This document shows, piece after piece, positions 45,903-55,658 of a stretch of 64,000 nt of DNA. Position 1 is the first letter of the stretch; the number at the start of each line of letters is the position of its first letter. Made by a program: the position numbers and the translations under genes. Location: the NCBI GenBank assembly GCA_041738615.1, contig JBGSPL010000001.1:92071-156070 (forward strand), read 5' to 3'. The DNA is from Patescibacteria group bacterium. Lineage in GTDB: Bacteria; Patescibacteriota; CPR2; UBA1875; CAIMLA01. The notes under the pieces are model-generated. The model did no database searches, was not told the origin of the DNA, and saw only the letters and a list, made by a program, of their open reading frames with translations.

Positions 45903-46871
45903 CTAAAATGGCAAATCTTCGTTTACCAGCTCGTCGAGATATGGCGACTTATAGATTTCCGTGCCAAGCTGTCTGTGGTAGGCGCTGAACTCGACTCCGT
46001 CTCCAAGGGTCTGAATCATATGATACGAGGCATTGGTTTTTGCTGAAACATTATCTAGCATGGCGACGGCGAATGCCTCGGGTGTCTTTGGTTTTACGGG
46101 GCTGCCGAACTCCAGCTCTCCGTGATGTGAAAGAATTACATTCACAATCTCGCCTTGTAAATCAGACGGAATCCCCGTTGGCATATTCTGAGCGATATAG
46201 TTTGCTCCCAGGAAGATATGGCCCTGCAGTTTTCCTTGAGTGGTCATTTTGATCGTAAGTCCTGTCTGGTATTCAAATATCTTGCCTATGTCATGTAGGA
46301 TGATTCCCGTGACAAGCAAATCTTTGTTCAGTTTGGGAAAGGTACCACCGAGCCCGTCACTCATTCGCAGCATTTCTAGGGTGTGCTCTAGTAGCCCCCC
46401 GTTATAGGCATGATGGACAGAGATTCCTGCAGCAGAGAGTCGAAAAGAGGCAGCTGTTTTTTCGTCAAAAACACTCTTGAGGAGCTGTCTGAGGTGTTTG
46501 TTTTTAACCTTATCCATGTAATCTACAAGCTCTTGCCACATCTTGTCACAGTCAAAGTCGCTCTTTGCCATAAAGTCGGCGTCGTTATATTCAGTGGAAG
46601 CTGCAAGTGAAGTGATCTTGATTTGAGGCTCGTCTCGGTAGCTCTCGATCGAAGCATTCACGGCGGCGATTTTCCCTTCGGTCGTAATGTCCGTGTTTGG
46701 GAGAGCGTCTGGCCAGATTTTGCCCTTGATGGATCCAGTCTTGTCTGTGAGTTCCACGTTGTAATACGTTCGGCCGTCACGAGAGGTAGCTGCGGCTAAG
46801 CTTTTTACCGCAAAGTCCTCACCAAATACCGACATTCCAGGTTTTAGGTCTGTAACAAATAGGTTCTTCAT
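45903..46871 (-). CDS. yhaM: 3'-5' exoribonuclease YhaM family (OB plus HD)
   Basis: DKTGSI...W, HHAY.GGLLEH, LHDIGK and SHHG..EFGSP motifs. Confidence 0.9.
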   Translation of the reverse strand: MKNLFVTDLKPGMSVFGEDFAVKSLAAATSRDGRTYYNVELTDKTGSIKGKIWPDALPNTDITTEGKIAAVNASIESYRDEPQIKITSLAASTEYNDADFMAKSDFDCDKMWQELVDYMDKVKNKHLRQLLKSVFDEKTAASFRLSAAGISVHHAYNGGLLEHTLEMLRMSDGLGGTFPKLNKDLLVTGIILHDIGKIFEYQTGLTIKMTTQGKLQGHIFLGANYIAQNMPTGIPSDLQGEIVNVILSHHGELEFGSPVKPKTPEAFAVAMLDNVSAKTNASYHMIQTLGDGVEFSAYHRQLGTEIYKSPYLDELVNEDLPF

Positions 46872-47872
46872 TATTTTGCGAGTACGCTCCTCTTATAATC
46901 ATCTAAATTTTCAAGTGCAATCCCGGTGCCTTTGGCGACGCAATATAGGGCGTCGTCGGCGACGTAGCTAGGGATTCCAGTAGCCTTGGTCAGAAGTTTG
47001 TCCAAGTTTCTCAGGAGTGAACCGCCACCTGTCATGACCATACCGCGGTCGATAATATCCGAGGAAAGCTCCGGTGGAGTTTCAGTAAGGACATTGCGAA
47101 CGGCAAGTACAATCTTCTCGATTTCGTTCTGCATAGCTTCGGTAACTTCATTCGACGAAATCGTAATAGTCTTTGGCAGGCCAGCAATCATATCTCGGCC
47201 CTTGATCTCCATCGTCTTTTCTTTTTCTGTAGGGAGCGCGCTGCCAAGCTTGATTTTGATTTCTTCTGCAGTGCGATCACCGACAGCTAGGCCGTATTTC
47301 TTGCGGATATAGTCGGCAATAGCTTGATCTAGTTTGTCACCACCGATGCGGACAGAATTCTTGGCGACAATCCCGCCAAGTGAAATAACGGCGATTTCGG
47401 TAGTGCCACCGCCGATGTCGATGACCAGGTTTCCGGCAGCTGTATCGATTGGGATATCAGCACCGATGGCAGCGGCTACAGGCTCTGGGATTATGTATAC
47501 TTCTTTGGCACCAGCGGCCTTGGTAGCGTCAATAACTGCACGACGCTCGGTAGAGCTTGCAGTAACGGGTAGGCAAACCATTACTTCAGGGCGAAAAAGT
47601 CGGATGTTTCCACTGACTTTGTTGATAAAGTAATGGATCATGGCTTCTGTCACGCGATAGTCTGCAATTACGCCATCTCGGATAGGACGAAAAGCGGTGA
47701 TGGTGTCTGGAGTACGGCCGACCATTTCTTTGGCCTCGTTACCAACCGCAAGTACCTTGTTGTCCTCTGAGACGGCCACAACTGAGGGTTCATTAATAAC
47801 AATCCCCCTCTTTGGTACGTAGACGAGGATGTTGGCTGTGCCGAGATCGATTCCGATGCGATTATTTAACAT
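46871..47872 (-). CDS. mreB: Rod shape-determining protein MreB
   Basis: IGIDLGTAN, EPSVVA, DIGGGTTE and TGGGSLL motifs. Confidence 0.97.
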   Translation of the reverse strand: MLNNRIGIDLGTANILVYVPKRGIVINEPSVVAVSEDNKVLAVGNEAKEMVGRTPDTITAFRPIRDGVIADYRVTEAMIHYFINKVSGNIRLFRPEVMVCLPVTASSTERRAVIDATKAAGAKEVYIIPEPVAAAIGADIPIDTAAGNLVIDIGGGTTEIAVISLGGIVAKNSVRIGGDKLDQAIADYIRKKYGLAVGDRTAEEIKIKLGSALPTEKEKTMEIKGRDMIAGLPKTITISSNEVTEAMQNEIEKIVLAVRNVLTETPPELSSDIIDRGMVMTGGGSLLRNLDKLLTKATGIPSYVADDALYCVAKGTGIALENLDDYKRSVLAK

Positions 47873-47915
47873 ATTGGCCTTATTCTAGCACGAAACGGCC
47901 TTTGTAACAAGCTGG

Positions 47916-49175
47916 CTACTCTTCGTTGACGCGAACGATTTTTGCGCCAAGTGCATTGAGTCGCTCGTCGATTCTTTCATAGCCACGATCAATAAGCTCG
48001 GCTCGCTCGATTGTGCTCTCCCCCTCTGCGATGAAGGATGCAATAAGGAGGGTGGCACCAGCCCTGAGATCGTAGCTCTCGATAGTCGTTCCGTATAGCG
48101 GGGTTGGTCCGCAAACAATAGCTTCATGCGAATTTTTAACGATACAGTCAGCCCCCATCTTGTTGAGTTCGTTTAAATAATTAAGCCTGCCTTCGTATAC
48201 TGTTTCATATATCTCGCTGATCCCCTCGGCTTGAGTCATGAGAACGCCGAAAGGCGCCTGAATATCAGTAGGAAGACCAGGGTAAACACTCGTTTTAATG
48301 CTTACCGGCTTTATGGCTGTAGTTTGTCCGACAAAAATGGTTTCTTTGTCTAGTATCTCAAAGTTGACGTTCGCTTGTGAAATCTTTTGCAAGAAGGAGT
48401 AGTGGTCATCTTTTACAAATCCTTTGATCTTTAGTTCACCACGAGAAGCTGCCGCCGCAAGGACAAAGGTTTCTGCTTCTATTTGGTCGTAAATGACCTT
48501 GAAAGAAGTCGGTCGCAGCTTTTTCTTGCCTTTTATGAGGAGATTGTGGGTGCCAATACCGCTGATGTCCGCACCCATGCGTCTTAGGAAATAACAGAGA
48601 TTAATGACGTGGGGTTCACATGCTGCTAGGTTGATATGCGTGTAACCCTTGGCAAGAGTGGCCGCCATAATAATGTTTTCCGTACCGGTAACACTAAAAT
48701 CAGCAACAACCTCGGCTCCCACGAGCCCCTTGGTCTTGAACAGGTAGGTCTCCTCATTTTCTTCGAAACTGACCCCTAGCTTCTCAAGTCCATCCACTGT
48801 AATGTCGATCGGCCTGGCACCGATAAAACAACCGCCAGGGTGCGCCAGCTCGACTCTCCCAAACCGTGCGAGAAGCGGACCAGCAAGCAGGATAGAGGCG
48901 CGCATGTTTTTGACCATTCGCTCATTCGGCGTAGTAGAAGTGGCCTTTGTAGTATCAATCTCGACGACGTGGTTCTTGAAAGCTACTTTGGCGCCTAGGT
49001 CTACGAGAATATTCAAAAGGTTCTCAATGTCCGTAATCATCGGTACATTTGTAATTCGATATTTGCCCTTAGCAAGTAAAGTAGCGGCGATAATCGGCAG
49101 GGCGGCGTTTTTGCTACCACTTACTGTTACCTCGCCCTCTAGCTTACAGGGACCTTGTATAATAAATTTGCTCAT
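47916..49175 (-). CDS. murA: UDP-N-acetylglucosamine 1-carboxyvinyltransferase
   Basis: SGSKNAALP, MRAS, PGGCFIGARP and DLRAGA motifs. Confidence 0.97.
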   Translation of the reverse strand: MSKFIIQGPCKLEGEVTVSGSKNAALPIIAATLLAKGKYRITNVPMITDIENLLNILVDLGAKVAFKNHVVEIDTTKATSTTPNERMVKNMRASILLAGPLLARFGRVELAHPGGCFIGARPIDITVDGLEKLGVSFEENEETYLFKTKGLVGAEVVADFSVTGTENIIMAATLAKGYTHINLAACEPHVINLCYFLRRMGADISGIGTHNLLIKGKKKLRPTSFKVIYDQIEAETFVLAAAASRGELKIKGFVKDDHYSFLQKISQANVNFEILDKETIFVGQTTAIKPVSIKTSVYPGLPTDIQAPFGVLMTQAEGISEIYETVYEGRLNYLNELNKMGADCIVKNSHEAIVCGPTPLYGTTIESYDLRAGATLLIASFIAEGESTIERAELIDRGYERIDERLNALGAKIVRVNEE

Positions 49176-49245
49176 AAGGACATTTTACCAGAGCGCGATA
49201 CAGCTTGGCAACATCAAATAAATGTTCTATAATTACTTCTTAGAA

Positions 49246-50679
49246 ATGACAAAAAAGACACCTAGTAGAAAGCCTTCCAGAAAAGTTCGATTGATACTTT
49301 ACCCCATCATCGGCACTCTTTTTGTATTTGTGCTGGGCGCCCTACTGATGTTAGCCAATGGGTTTTGGCCAGAGATGAGCGAGGGAAAACTAGCTTTTAA
49401 GAAAACTGGGATGATAATCCTGGCGGCCAGACCGCTCGATGCCAGCATCTATGTGAATGGTAAGTACAAGGAGAAGACCTCTTTCTACCTTCTGCCTAAC
49501 AAGCTAAACAACCTGCTCCCCGGCGATTACAAGATACGCATCGAGAAGAAGGGTTACCGTACATGGGAGAAAACTATCAAGGTGGAGCCGGGCCTTGTTG
49601 CGTGGGCAAACTACATCTTGATGTTTGCTGACAAGCTGGACATTCAGCAGGTAAAAGATTTTAGCGGGACTCCGGCAGCAACGTCTGATAACGGAAGGTA
49701 TCTACTCTATACTGGGACAAAAGAGGGCAAGTTCTTTTCCACCTCCCAGGAGGCAAATGGTTTGTCCACGCGTTCTTTCTGGCCCAAGGACTCATCGACC
49801 TTGCCAGATTGGCTGAAGAGCCCTACAATAACCGCCGCCAGTTTTAGTCAAAACAGCGACAAGGTGCTATACACCATCAAAAACGGAGAAGTAACAGAGT
49901 ATGTGGTCGCTGAGGCCAACGGCAGTGACGTAAAGCTGGTTATTTTGAATGAGCAGTTCAAGGTTGCACCAGTTCGCGCAAGTTGGAACCCGTATGACAA
50001 CGAAGGTCTTTTTGTAACTGTTGCTGAGAAGCTATACCACGCCAAGATTACCGCTTCGACGCTTGGTAACGCGATTGCAACAAACGTCGTTTCGTACAAA
50101 TATGAAGCGAATCGTCAGCTCTACTTTGCGGTAAGGATGGCGAGCGGTAATGTGCAAATAGAGAAATCCAACCTAGACGGCAACAATAAAGTGATAATTC
50201 TGGACTCCATCGTGCCAGCGGCGGGGTATCAATTTACTCATACATCTCAAGGTGATATGCTGGCTGTTCGTAGCGCAGACACAGGGGATCTCTTGCTTGT
50301 ATATCCTGCAAACGGCGAGAATAATGTCGTACTGCGCCTCGGCAAGTCCTATAAAGATATTGCCTGGTCCAAAAATGGTTTGAAGCTCCTTTACTACGAT
50401 GGTACTACCATTTATCGCTATGATTCTGAGAAGAAAAAGGAGAGCCATTTTGCTTCCCTTGGCGCGATTACTTCAGTTCGTTGGTATTATGACGACTGCC
50501 ACTTCCTTGTCAACGGAGATGATGGACTTCGGATTAGCGAATATGACGGAGGGAACCCATTGGCTCTTTCTTTCTCTCCACAAAAGATAGTCGCTCTCGA
50601 CACTCAAAACTACAGCCTGGTCTATGGTGAAACCAAAGACTCCGCGGTGGAGTACTTCCGCTTTACGAGTCAGTACTAA
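49246..50679 (+). CDS. PEGA domain plus beta-propeller-like membrane-anchored protein
   Basis: N-terminal TM, KTGMI...P.DASIYVNG and LLPGDY.IRIEKKGYRTW. Confidence 0.85.
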   Translation: MTKKTPSRKPSRKVRLILYPIIGTLFVFVLGALLMLANGFWPEMSEGKLAFKKTGMIILAARPLDASIYVNGKYKEKTSFYLLPNKLNNLLPGDYKIRIEKKGYRTWEKTIKVEPGLVAWANYILMFADKLDIQQVKDFSGTPAATSDNGRYLLYTGTKEGKFFSTSQEANGLSTRSFWPKDSSTLPDWLKSPTITAASFSQNSDKVLYTIKNGEVTEYVVAEANGSDVKLVILNEQFKVAPVRASWNPYDNEGLFVTVAEKLYHAKITASTLGNAIATNVVSYKYEANRQLYFAVRMASGNVQIEKSNLDGNNKVIILDSIVPAAGYQFTHTSQGDMLAVRSADTGDLLLVYPANGENNVVLRLGKSYKDIAWSKNGLKLLYYDGTTIYRYDSEKKKESHFASLGAITSVRWYYDDCHFLVNGDDGLRISEYDGGNPLALSFSPQKIVALDTQNYSLVYGETKDSAVEYFRFTSQY

Positions 50680-51671
50680 TTTTTTGTAGTAAAAAGACCG
50701 ATTAGCCAGTCCACAATTGGGTTGGAGTCGCTGGCCGGTAATTGAGAGGATTGCTTCGAGGTTGTATCTGCAGAGTCTTTTGAATCAGGTTTTGCTACAA
50801 TCGCCGCTTTATAAACTGGTGCAATCTGATCAAAGGATACGATAAGTCTCTTCCAGCTGGTGCCCGGTGGAGTACAGGTCATTAGTGTCATTGTGGGCTT
50901 TATTGTTTGATCCAGCACGCTCATCTCGGTGGGTTCCACTACCTTTACGTTATTTACTTGGTAAAGATATTTGTTCCCTTTGTAATAAATCTTGGCCTGG
51001 TCTCCTACTACCAGCTTATCCAGGTTTGCAAAGATATAGTTGTACGCTCCCTTGTCCCACCAGTAGTTGGAGCTATGCCCTGTAATGAAACTGTTCCCTA
51101 CCTTGCCTGGCTCAGCGGTTTGGTAGTAATGTACGACACCGCTCTGTAGGCCCGTTTGGATGTCTGCCTCCTCGGTACTCTCGGTAAAGACTATAGGTGC
51201 AGTGACACCAATCTTTTGCACCACGAGAGTTGGCGTCTCTGGGATTGTCTCACCCGGTTCCAGTGGGGCCGTAGTCAGGGATGCCGTCTTCTTTAGTTCG
51301 TTTGGCGTGACAACCTGTTTTTTGTAGTCGAGCGGTTTAGACTTAGTGAAATAGAGCGGCAGGTTCGCAAGGCCAAAAATTACACCAAAAACGCCGATAA
51401 ATATAATCGGATATTTTACATACCAACGGCGCCAGGTATTTGATATGGCCTGGTGTAGAGGTTTTTTGCCGTCATTTTTAAATCTAAAAATTTTGTCTAT
51501 ACTTTCGTGGCTGGCTTTTTGAAACACTTTTTCAACTGGACGGACTTCGTCCGGACAGTAATCACGAATAATATCATGCGCCAGGGCACTTATCTCGGCA
51601 TCACTGCCACCCTGTAGGCGAAAAGAATGTAATAGCTGCTCGATTTGATGAATTGTAGGTTCGTCTAACAT
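50676..51671 (-). CDS. Sortase
   Basis: ITGHSS catalytic His, MTLMTC catalytic Cys and downstream Arg (WKR); N-terminal TM. Confidence 0.93.
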   Translation of the reverse strand: MLDEPTIHQIEQLLHSFRLQGGSDAEISALAHDIIRDYCPDEVRPVEKVFQKASHESIDKIFRFKNDGKKPLHQAISNTWRRWYVKYPIIFIGVFGVIFGLANLPLYFTKSKPLDYKKQVVTPNELKKTASLTTAPLEPGETIPETPTLVVQKIGVTAPIVFTESTEEADIQTGLQSGVVHYYQTAEPGKVGNSFITGHSSNYWWDKGAYNYIFANLDKLVVGDQAKIYYKGNKYLYQVNNVKVVEPTEMSVLDQTIKPTMTLMTCTPPGTSWKRLIVSFDQIAPVYKAAIVAKPDSKDSADTTSKQSSQLPASDSNPIVDWLIGLFTTKN

Positions 51672-51773
51672 GCTCTAATGATACCGTTATTATTGACCAA
51701 AATCTATATCAGCGCTATAATACCTGGGTTGCTGGTGCAGTGTTGGGCTCCCAGTTGAGATGAAATATGATGT

Positions 51774-51858
51774 GCCGCTGTGGCGGAACTGGTATACGCG
51801 CACGACTCAAAATCGTGTGGAGCAATCCATGTCGGTTCGATCCCGACCAGCGGCACCA
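51774..51858 (+). tRNA. tRNA-Leu (CAA)
   Basis: Cloverleaf with long variable arm and encoded CCA; promoter TTGACC-N17-TATAAT at 51693-51721. Confidence 0.96.
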
Positions 51859-51876
51859 ATAATCGAAAACCCGGGG

Positions 51877-52824
51877 TTATTCTTCCTCGGCTTTTTTAAT
51901 TGACTTTGGTAGATAGCGGACGATGTCCGATGCAATTACGCTCCGTTCCCCTATTTCTTCCTTGGCTATTTTCCCAGCCAGACCATGGAGATAAACAGCA
52001 GTTGCAATGGCTTCCAGGTGATTATCGGGGTTTTGTCCAACAAAGGACCCGATAATGCCAGAGAGGACGTCACCAGAACCCGCTGTGGCTAGTTCTGGGC
52101 CTCCTAGGCGGTTAATTATGACATCCCCCCTACTTGTAGCTATTGTCGTGTCATGGCCCTTTAAAACGACGGTACAGGATAGTTTTTTTGCAATAATCGG
52201 CCCAACTTCTTCTTTGTGATTTTCGATGTAGTGTGAGGTGAATTTCTTGTCTAGACCAAGAGCGCTAGCTACCCTAGCAGCTTCACCTGGGTGAGGTGTG
52301 ATGATTAATTCGCAAGATTTTCCTTGGAAATATTCTATCAAGTAGTCCTCACTTTCTTTAGAAAGCATGACTTCGATTCCTTTGGCCAGAGCCGTAAGTC
52401 CATCTGCGTCAAGAACGACCGCCTTGTCGAGTGCAAAGACGAGTTCCCAGACAAGCTGGATAGTCTCCGCATTTTGCGATAATCCAGGACCAATAACGAC
52501 GACGTCACAAGAGCGAGCATTGTCTAGGATGGGCTTTTCGGCCTTCTTGGCCAGAGAGTGCCCAGGGGTTTCTGGTAACTCCAGGGTCATGGCCTCGGGT
52601 AGGACCCCTCTGTAGATACCCTTTAGGCTTTCAGGAAACCCAAGAAGTAAGATGCCTGTTCCACTACGGAAAACTGCTTCACAGATGAGGATAGCAGCAC
52701 CAGTCATCCCTTTCGATCCCGCAAGGACCAAAATCTTGCCGGCCTCGGATTTGTAAAAGTGTAGTGGCCTGGACCATAGTAGTTTTGGATAAAGTACTTT
52801 GTCTTGGTAAATCGGTTTTGCCAT
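51877..52824 (-). CDS. nnrD: ADP/ATP-dependent NAD(P)H-hydrate dehydratase
   Basis: GS..MTGAA, IGPGL, LDADGL, ITPHPGE and LATAGSGDVL motifs. Confidence 0.92.
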   Translation of the reverse strand: MAKPIYQDKVLYPKLLWSRPLHFYKSEAGKILVLAGSKGMTGAAILICEAVFRSGTGILLLGFPESLKGIYRGVLPEAMTLELPETPGHSLAKKAEKPILDNARSCDVVVIGPGLSQNAETIQLVWELVFALDKAVVLDADGLTALAKGIEVMLSKESEDYLIEYFQGKSCELIITPHPGEAARVASALGLDKKFTSHYIENHKEEVGPIIAKKLSCTVVLKGHDTTIATSRGDVIINRLGGPELATAGSGDVLSGIIGSFVGQNPDNHLEAIATAVYLHGLAGKIAKEEIGERSVIASDIVRYLPKSIKKAEEE

Positions 52825-52825
52825 A

Positions 52826-53668
52826 TTAATCCTTTCGGAGAGAACGGATATGGTCTATCATCCCCTTCGTACCGGTACCGTCCTTGATTTCTGGTGTTTC
52901 CATCACAAAGGGGATATCCCTTAGCGCTGGGTGGTTGATGATCCTTGTGAGACCTTCCTCTCCGATAAATCCCTGTCCGTAATTCTCGTGCCTATCGCGG
53001 CAACTGCCGAGCTCGGTCATAGAGTCATTAAGATGAATAGCGCGGAGCCTGTCTAGCCCAACGTTCTCGTCGATTTCAGCAATCATTTTGTCTAAACCTG
53101 CTGCAGTGTGCAGTTCGTAACCCTGTTCAAAGGCGTGCGCGGTATCTAGGCAGATGCCTAGCCTGTCGGAGCCGGATTGCTTGATGATGTTACCAAGTTC
53201 CTTGAAATTCTTGCCTACCAGATTGCCAGCCCCAGCAGTATTCTCTAGTAGTAACAAGCTTTTACCACTATTTTCAGTCAGGATTTGGCCAAGAGCCTCT
53301 ACCACCCTCTCGGTTCCAATTTCTATGCCATTTCCTTGATGAGAACCGATGTGAGTGACAAGACCCACAAGACCTAGTCGTTCAACATTTCTTAGCCCAG
53401 AAACAAGAGAATCTATCCCTTGCTCGCGCAATGTTTCGTTGGGAGACGCAAGATTTATGAGGTATATGCTGTGTGCAAAGGCATCTTGCATTTTGTTTTC
53501 ATCATATTTCTGCCTAAAAGCGGCTACGCTTTCGTCTGGAATTTCAGTGATCTTCCAGCCGCGGGGGTTGGAAATAAATATCTGAAAAGTATTGCATCCG
53601 AGAGCTACCGCCCTGTCGACTGCCTGATCTACTCCCCCGGCTGTTGATACGTGTACACCTAATTTCAT
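52826..53668 (-). CDS. nfo: Endonuclease IV
   Basis: GVHVSTAGG, HSIYLINL, LLENTAG, CLDTAH, HLNDS and DRHE; ATG at 53668. Confidence 0.96.
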   Translation of the reverse strand: MKLGVHVSTAGGVDQAVDRAVALGCNTFQIFISNPRGWKITEIPDESVAAFRQKYDENKMQDAFAHSIYLINLASPNETLREQGIDSLVSGLRNVERLGLVGLVTHIGSHQGNGIEIGTERVVEALGQILTENSGKSLLLLENTAGAGNLVGKNFKELGNIIKQSGSDRLGICLDTAHAFEQGYELHTAAGLDKMIAEIDENVGLDRLRAIHLNDSMTELGSCRDRHENYGQGFIGEEGLTRIINHPALRDIPFVMETPEIKDGTGTKGMIDHIRSLRKD

Positions 53669-53699
53669 AACATCATTATAGTCTAGATTGGCAATAACA

Positions 53700-53728
53700 A
53701 AAAGCTCGCCTGATGGAGGCGAGCTTTT
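53700..53728. terminator. Intrinsic terminator
   Basis: AAAAGCTCGCCT-GATGG-AGGCGAGCTTTT. Confidence 0.8.
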
Positions 53729-53786
53729 GGACGATTTCCATCTTGTTGCTCCAGCAACAACTTTACCACCTTGGTCTAGGACAGGC

Positions 53787-54248
53787 CTATTTGGTGTATT
53801 TTCCACGAATTTGAAAAAGCACGTAGAAGCCGATCAGGGCTCCGATAAGCGCTCCCACGATAGAGCCGCTAACTAAGCTGTATACCAGGCTTACAATCTG
53901 TGAGTAGAATAACAGTGTCCACCCAGAGAGCTTACGCGCAAACAGCCCTGGTAGTGCTGCTACCTGTAGGGCAAGTTGGACAGCCATGATGGCAATGCCA
54001 ACCCAATAAAGACTCGAGAGGCCATATCCGCCCATCATGGCGTACGGTGAAAGCACGGCGGTAAAGCCAAGTGCGGTTAGGATAATAGGGAGTGAGATAA
54101 CGAGTAAAACTACGTTAATCCATGGACCCCATTTTACAATCCATTCTTTGGCGCTCTCAGGAATCTGAAAAGGTGCCTTTTTTACTAACCAAAACTCCAA
54201 AAACCCCATCAGGTCCTTTGGTGCCTGGTCGTTCTTTGTTTCTGCCAT
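53787..54248 (-). CDS. Conserved hypothetical membrane protein
   Basis: About 4 TMs; KKAPFQIP..KEWIVKWGPW and ALPGLFARK..GW. Confidence 0.8.
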   Translation of the reverse strand: MAETKNDQAPKDLMGFLEFWLVKKAPFQIPESAKEWIVKWGPWINVVLLVISLPIILTALGFTAVLSPYAMMGGYGLSSLYWVGIAIMAVQLALQVAALPGLFARKLSGWTLLFYSQIVSLVYSLVSGSIVGALIGALIGFYVLFQIRGKYTK

Positions 54249-54299
54249 AATATCCCCCTATGACTTAGGTTACTATTAACTTTACTATACGCCTGCCGT

Positions 54300-54776
54300 C
54301 TAGGGCTTGCAAGAGCTCTTCTCGAGTAAATAATAGAGCGCTATTCCTGTAGCGGTAGCCACATTTAACGATTCTTTGGCGCCAAGCATGGGCAGATGTA
54401 CTATCTCGTCACAGATTGCTTGAATTTCTGGGTCTATCCCTTTTATTTCATTCCCCACAACGAGGACTGTGGGGAAGGTAGGCTCCACCTCCCAGATACA
54501 CTTAGATTCAGGCGTAAGCTCCAGACCGTAAATTGTTTTCCCTTGTGACTTGAGATTTTGTAACAACTCTATTGTATTAGAAACATATTCCCAGGAAACA
54601 GTGCTTTCTGCTCCCAGGGAGGTCTTGGCCACTTTCGGGTGCTCTGGGGTAGCAGAGTATCCGCAAAGATATATCTTCTCCGCCCCCATAGCGTCCGCCG
54701 TGCGAAAAATAGCGCCAATATTCATGGCACTCCGAATGTCCGGCAAGACTATGGTAATGGGTGTCTTCTCTTTCAT
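54300..54776 (-). CDS. SpoU/TrmH family RNA methyltransferase
   Basis: IRSAMNIGAIFRTAD, VGNE..G and ESLNVA motifs. Confidence 0.93.
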   Translation of the reverse strand: MKEKTPITIVLPDIRSAMNIGAIFRTADAMGAEKIYLCGYSATPEHPKVAKTSLGAESTVSWEYVSNTIELLQNLKSQGKTIYGLELTPESKCIWEVEPTFPTVLVVGNEIKGIDPEIQAICDEIVHLPMLGAKESLNVATATGIALYYLLEKSSCKP

Positions 54777-54821
54777 ATTAACCATTCTATCAAAAAATCC
54801 CCCTTTCGGGGGATTTTGAAA

Positions 54822-55115
54822 TTACTCAGTGATCGGGGTGATTGGGTCGACGTGTACGATAGTTTTGCGCACGCGGTGGCCTGTGAATTTCATGACGCGT
54901 TTCTGAGTGTAGCGGATAACCCCAGCAACCTTAGCGTAAAGTGAGTCGTCGCCAGAAACAGCTACGTTTGTACCTGGCTCCCATTTGAGGCCACGTTGAC
55001 GCAGAATAATCTGACCAGCATTTGTAGTCTGTCCACCATATAGTTTTACACCCAATCTTTGTGATCTAGAGTCGCGGCCATTTCTAGTGGAACCGCCTGC
55101 CTTTGTATGTGACAT
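54822..55115 (-). CDS. rpmA: 50S ribosomal protein bL27
   Basis: [24 protein letters not shown]. Confidence 0.98.
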   Translation of the reverse strand: MSHTKAGGSTRNGRDSRSQRLGVKLYGGQTTNAGQIILRQRGLKWEPGTNVAVSGDDSLYAKVAGVIRYTQKRVMKFTGHRVRKTIVHVDPITPITE

Positions 55116-55205
55116 CTTGGAGTCTCCTTAGTAGCTTTTGTTATGCACCTTCGGTGCGAAATACCAGAAAATTATACCTGAAAATGCGTTTCGAGTCAAG
55201 GATTA

Positions 55206-55649
55206 TTATGCTGCGCGCTCGACTGTTATCTTCATGGTGGCATGTACCCCGTGGCCAAGCTTGACGGTAGCCTCATGTTCTCCAAGGTCGTGAATCGGTT
55301 CTAGAATTTCAATATCGTGCTTATCAACTGCAAACTTTTTCGTCGCAAGGACCTCTGCCAGGTCGCGATTCGTGACTGCGCCAAAAAGTTTTCCTTCGTC
55401 TCCTGCCTGGGCGGTAACCGTAAAGGTAGCGGATTCTATCTTTTCTGCAAGAGTAGTAAGCTCTGCGGTAGCCTTCTCCTCCTCCTTCTTGATTTTTTCG
55501 ATCTTGGACTCTAGTTCTTTGACCTTATCTTCACTCGCAGGTACGGCAATCCCCTTTTTCAGAAGGTAGTTACGAGCATAACCGTCTGGAACTTCTTTGA
55601 TGTCCCCCACTTTGTGGTTCTCTTGGTTCTGTAGAAATAATACTTTCAT
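55206..55649 (-). CDS. rplI: 50S ribosomal protein bL9
   Basis: GDIKEVPDGYARNYL and GKLFGAVT motifs. Confidence 0.97.
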   Translation of the reverse strand: MKVLFLQNQENHKVGDIKEVPDGYARNYLLKKGIAVPASEDKVKELESKIEKIKKEEEKATAELTTLAEKIESATFTVTAQAGDEGKLFGAVTNRDLAEVLATKKFAVDKHDIEILEPIHDLGEHEATVKLGHGVHATMKITVERAA

Positions 55650-55658
55650 GCGTTTCTC

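Noticed and set aside
32061-51858. tRNA genes as integration sites for islands
   Set aside because: No duplicated tRNA 3' ends or integrase genes seen near any of the three tRNAs
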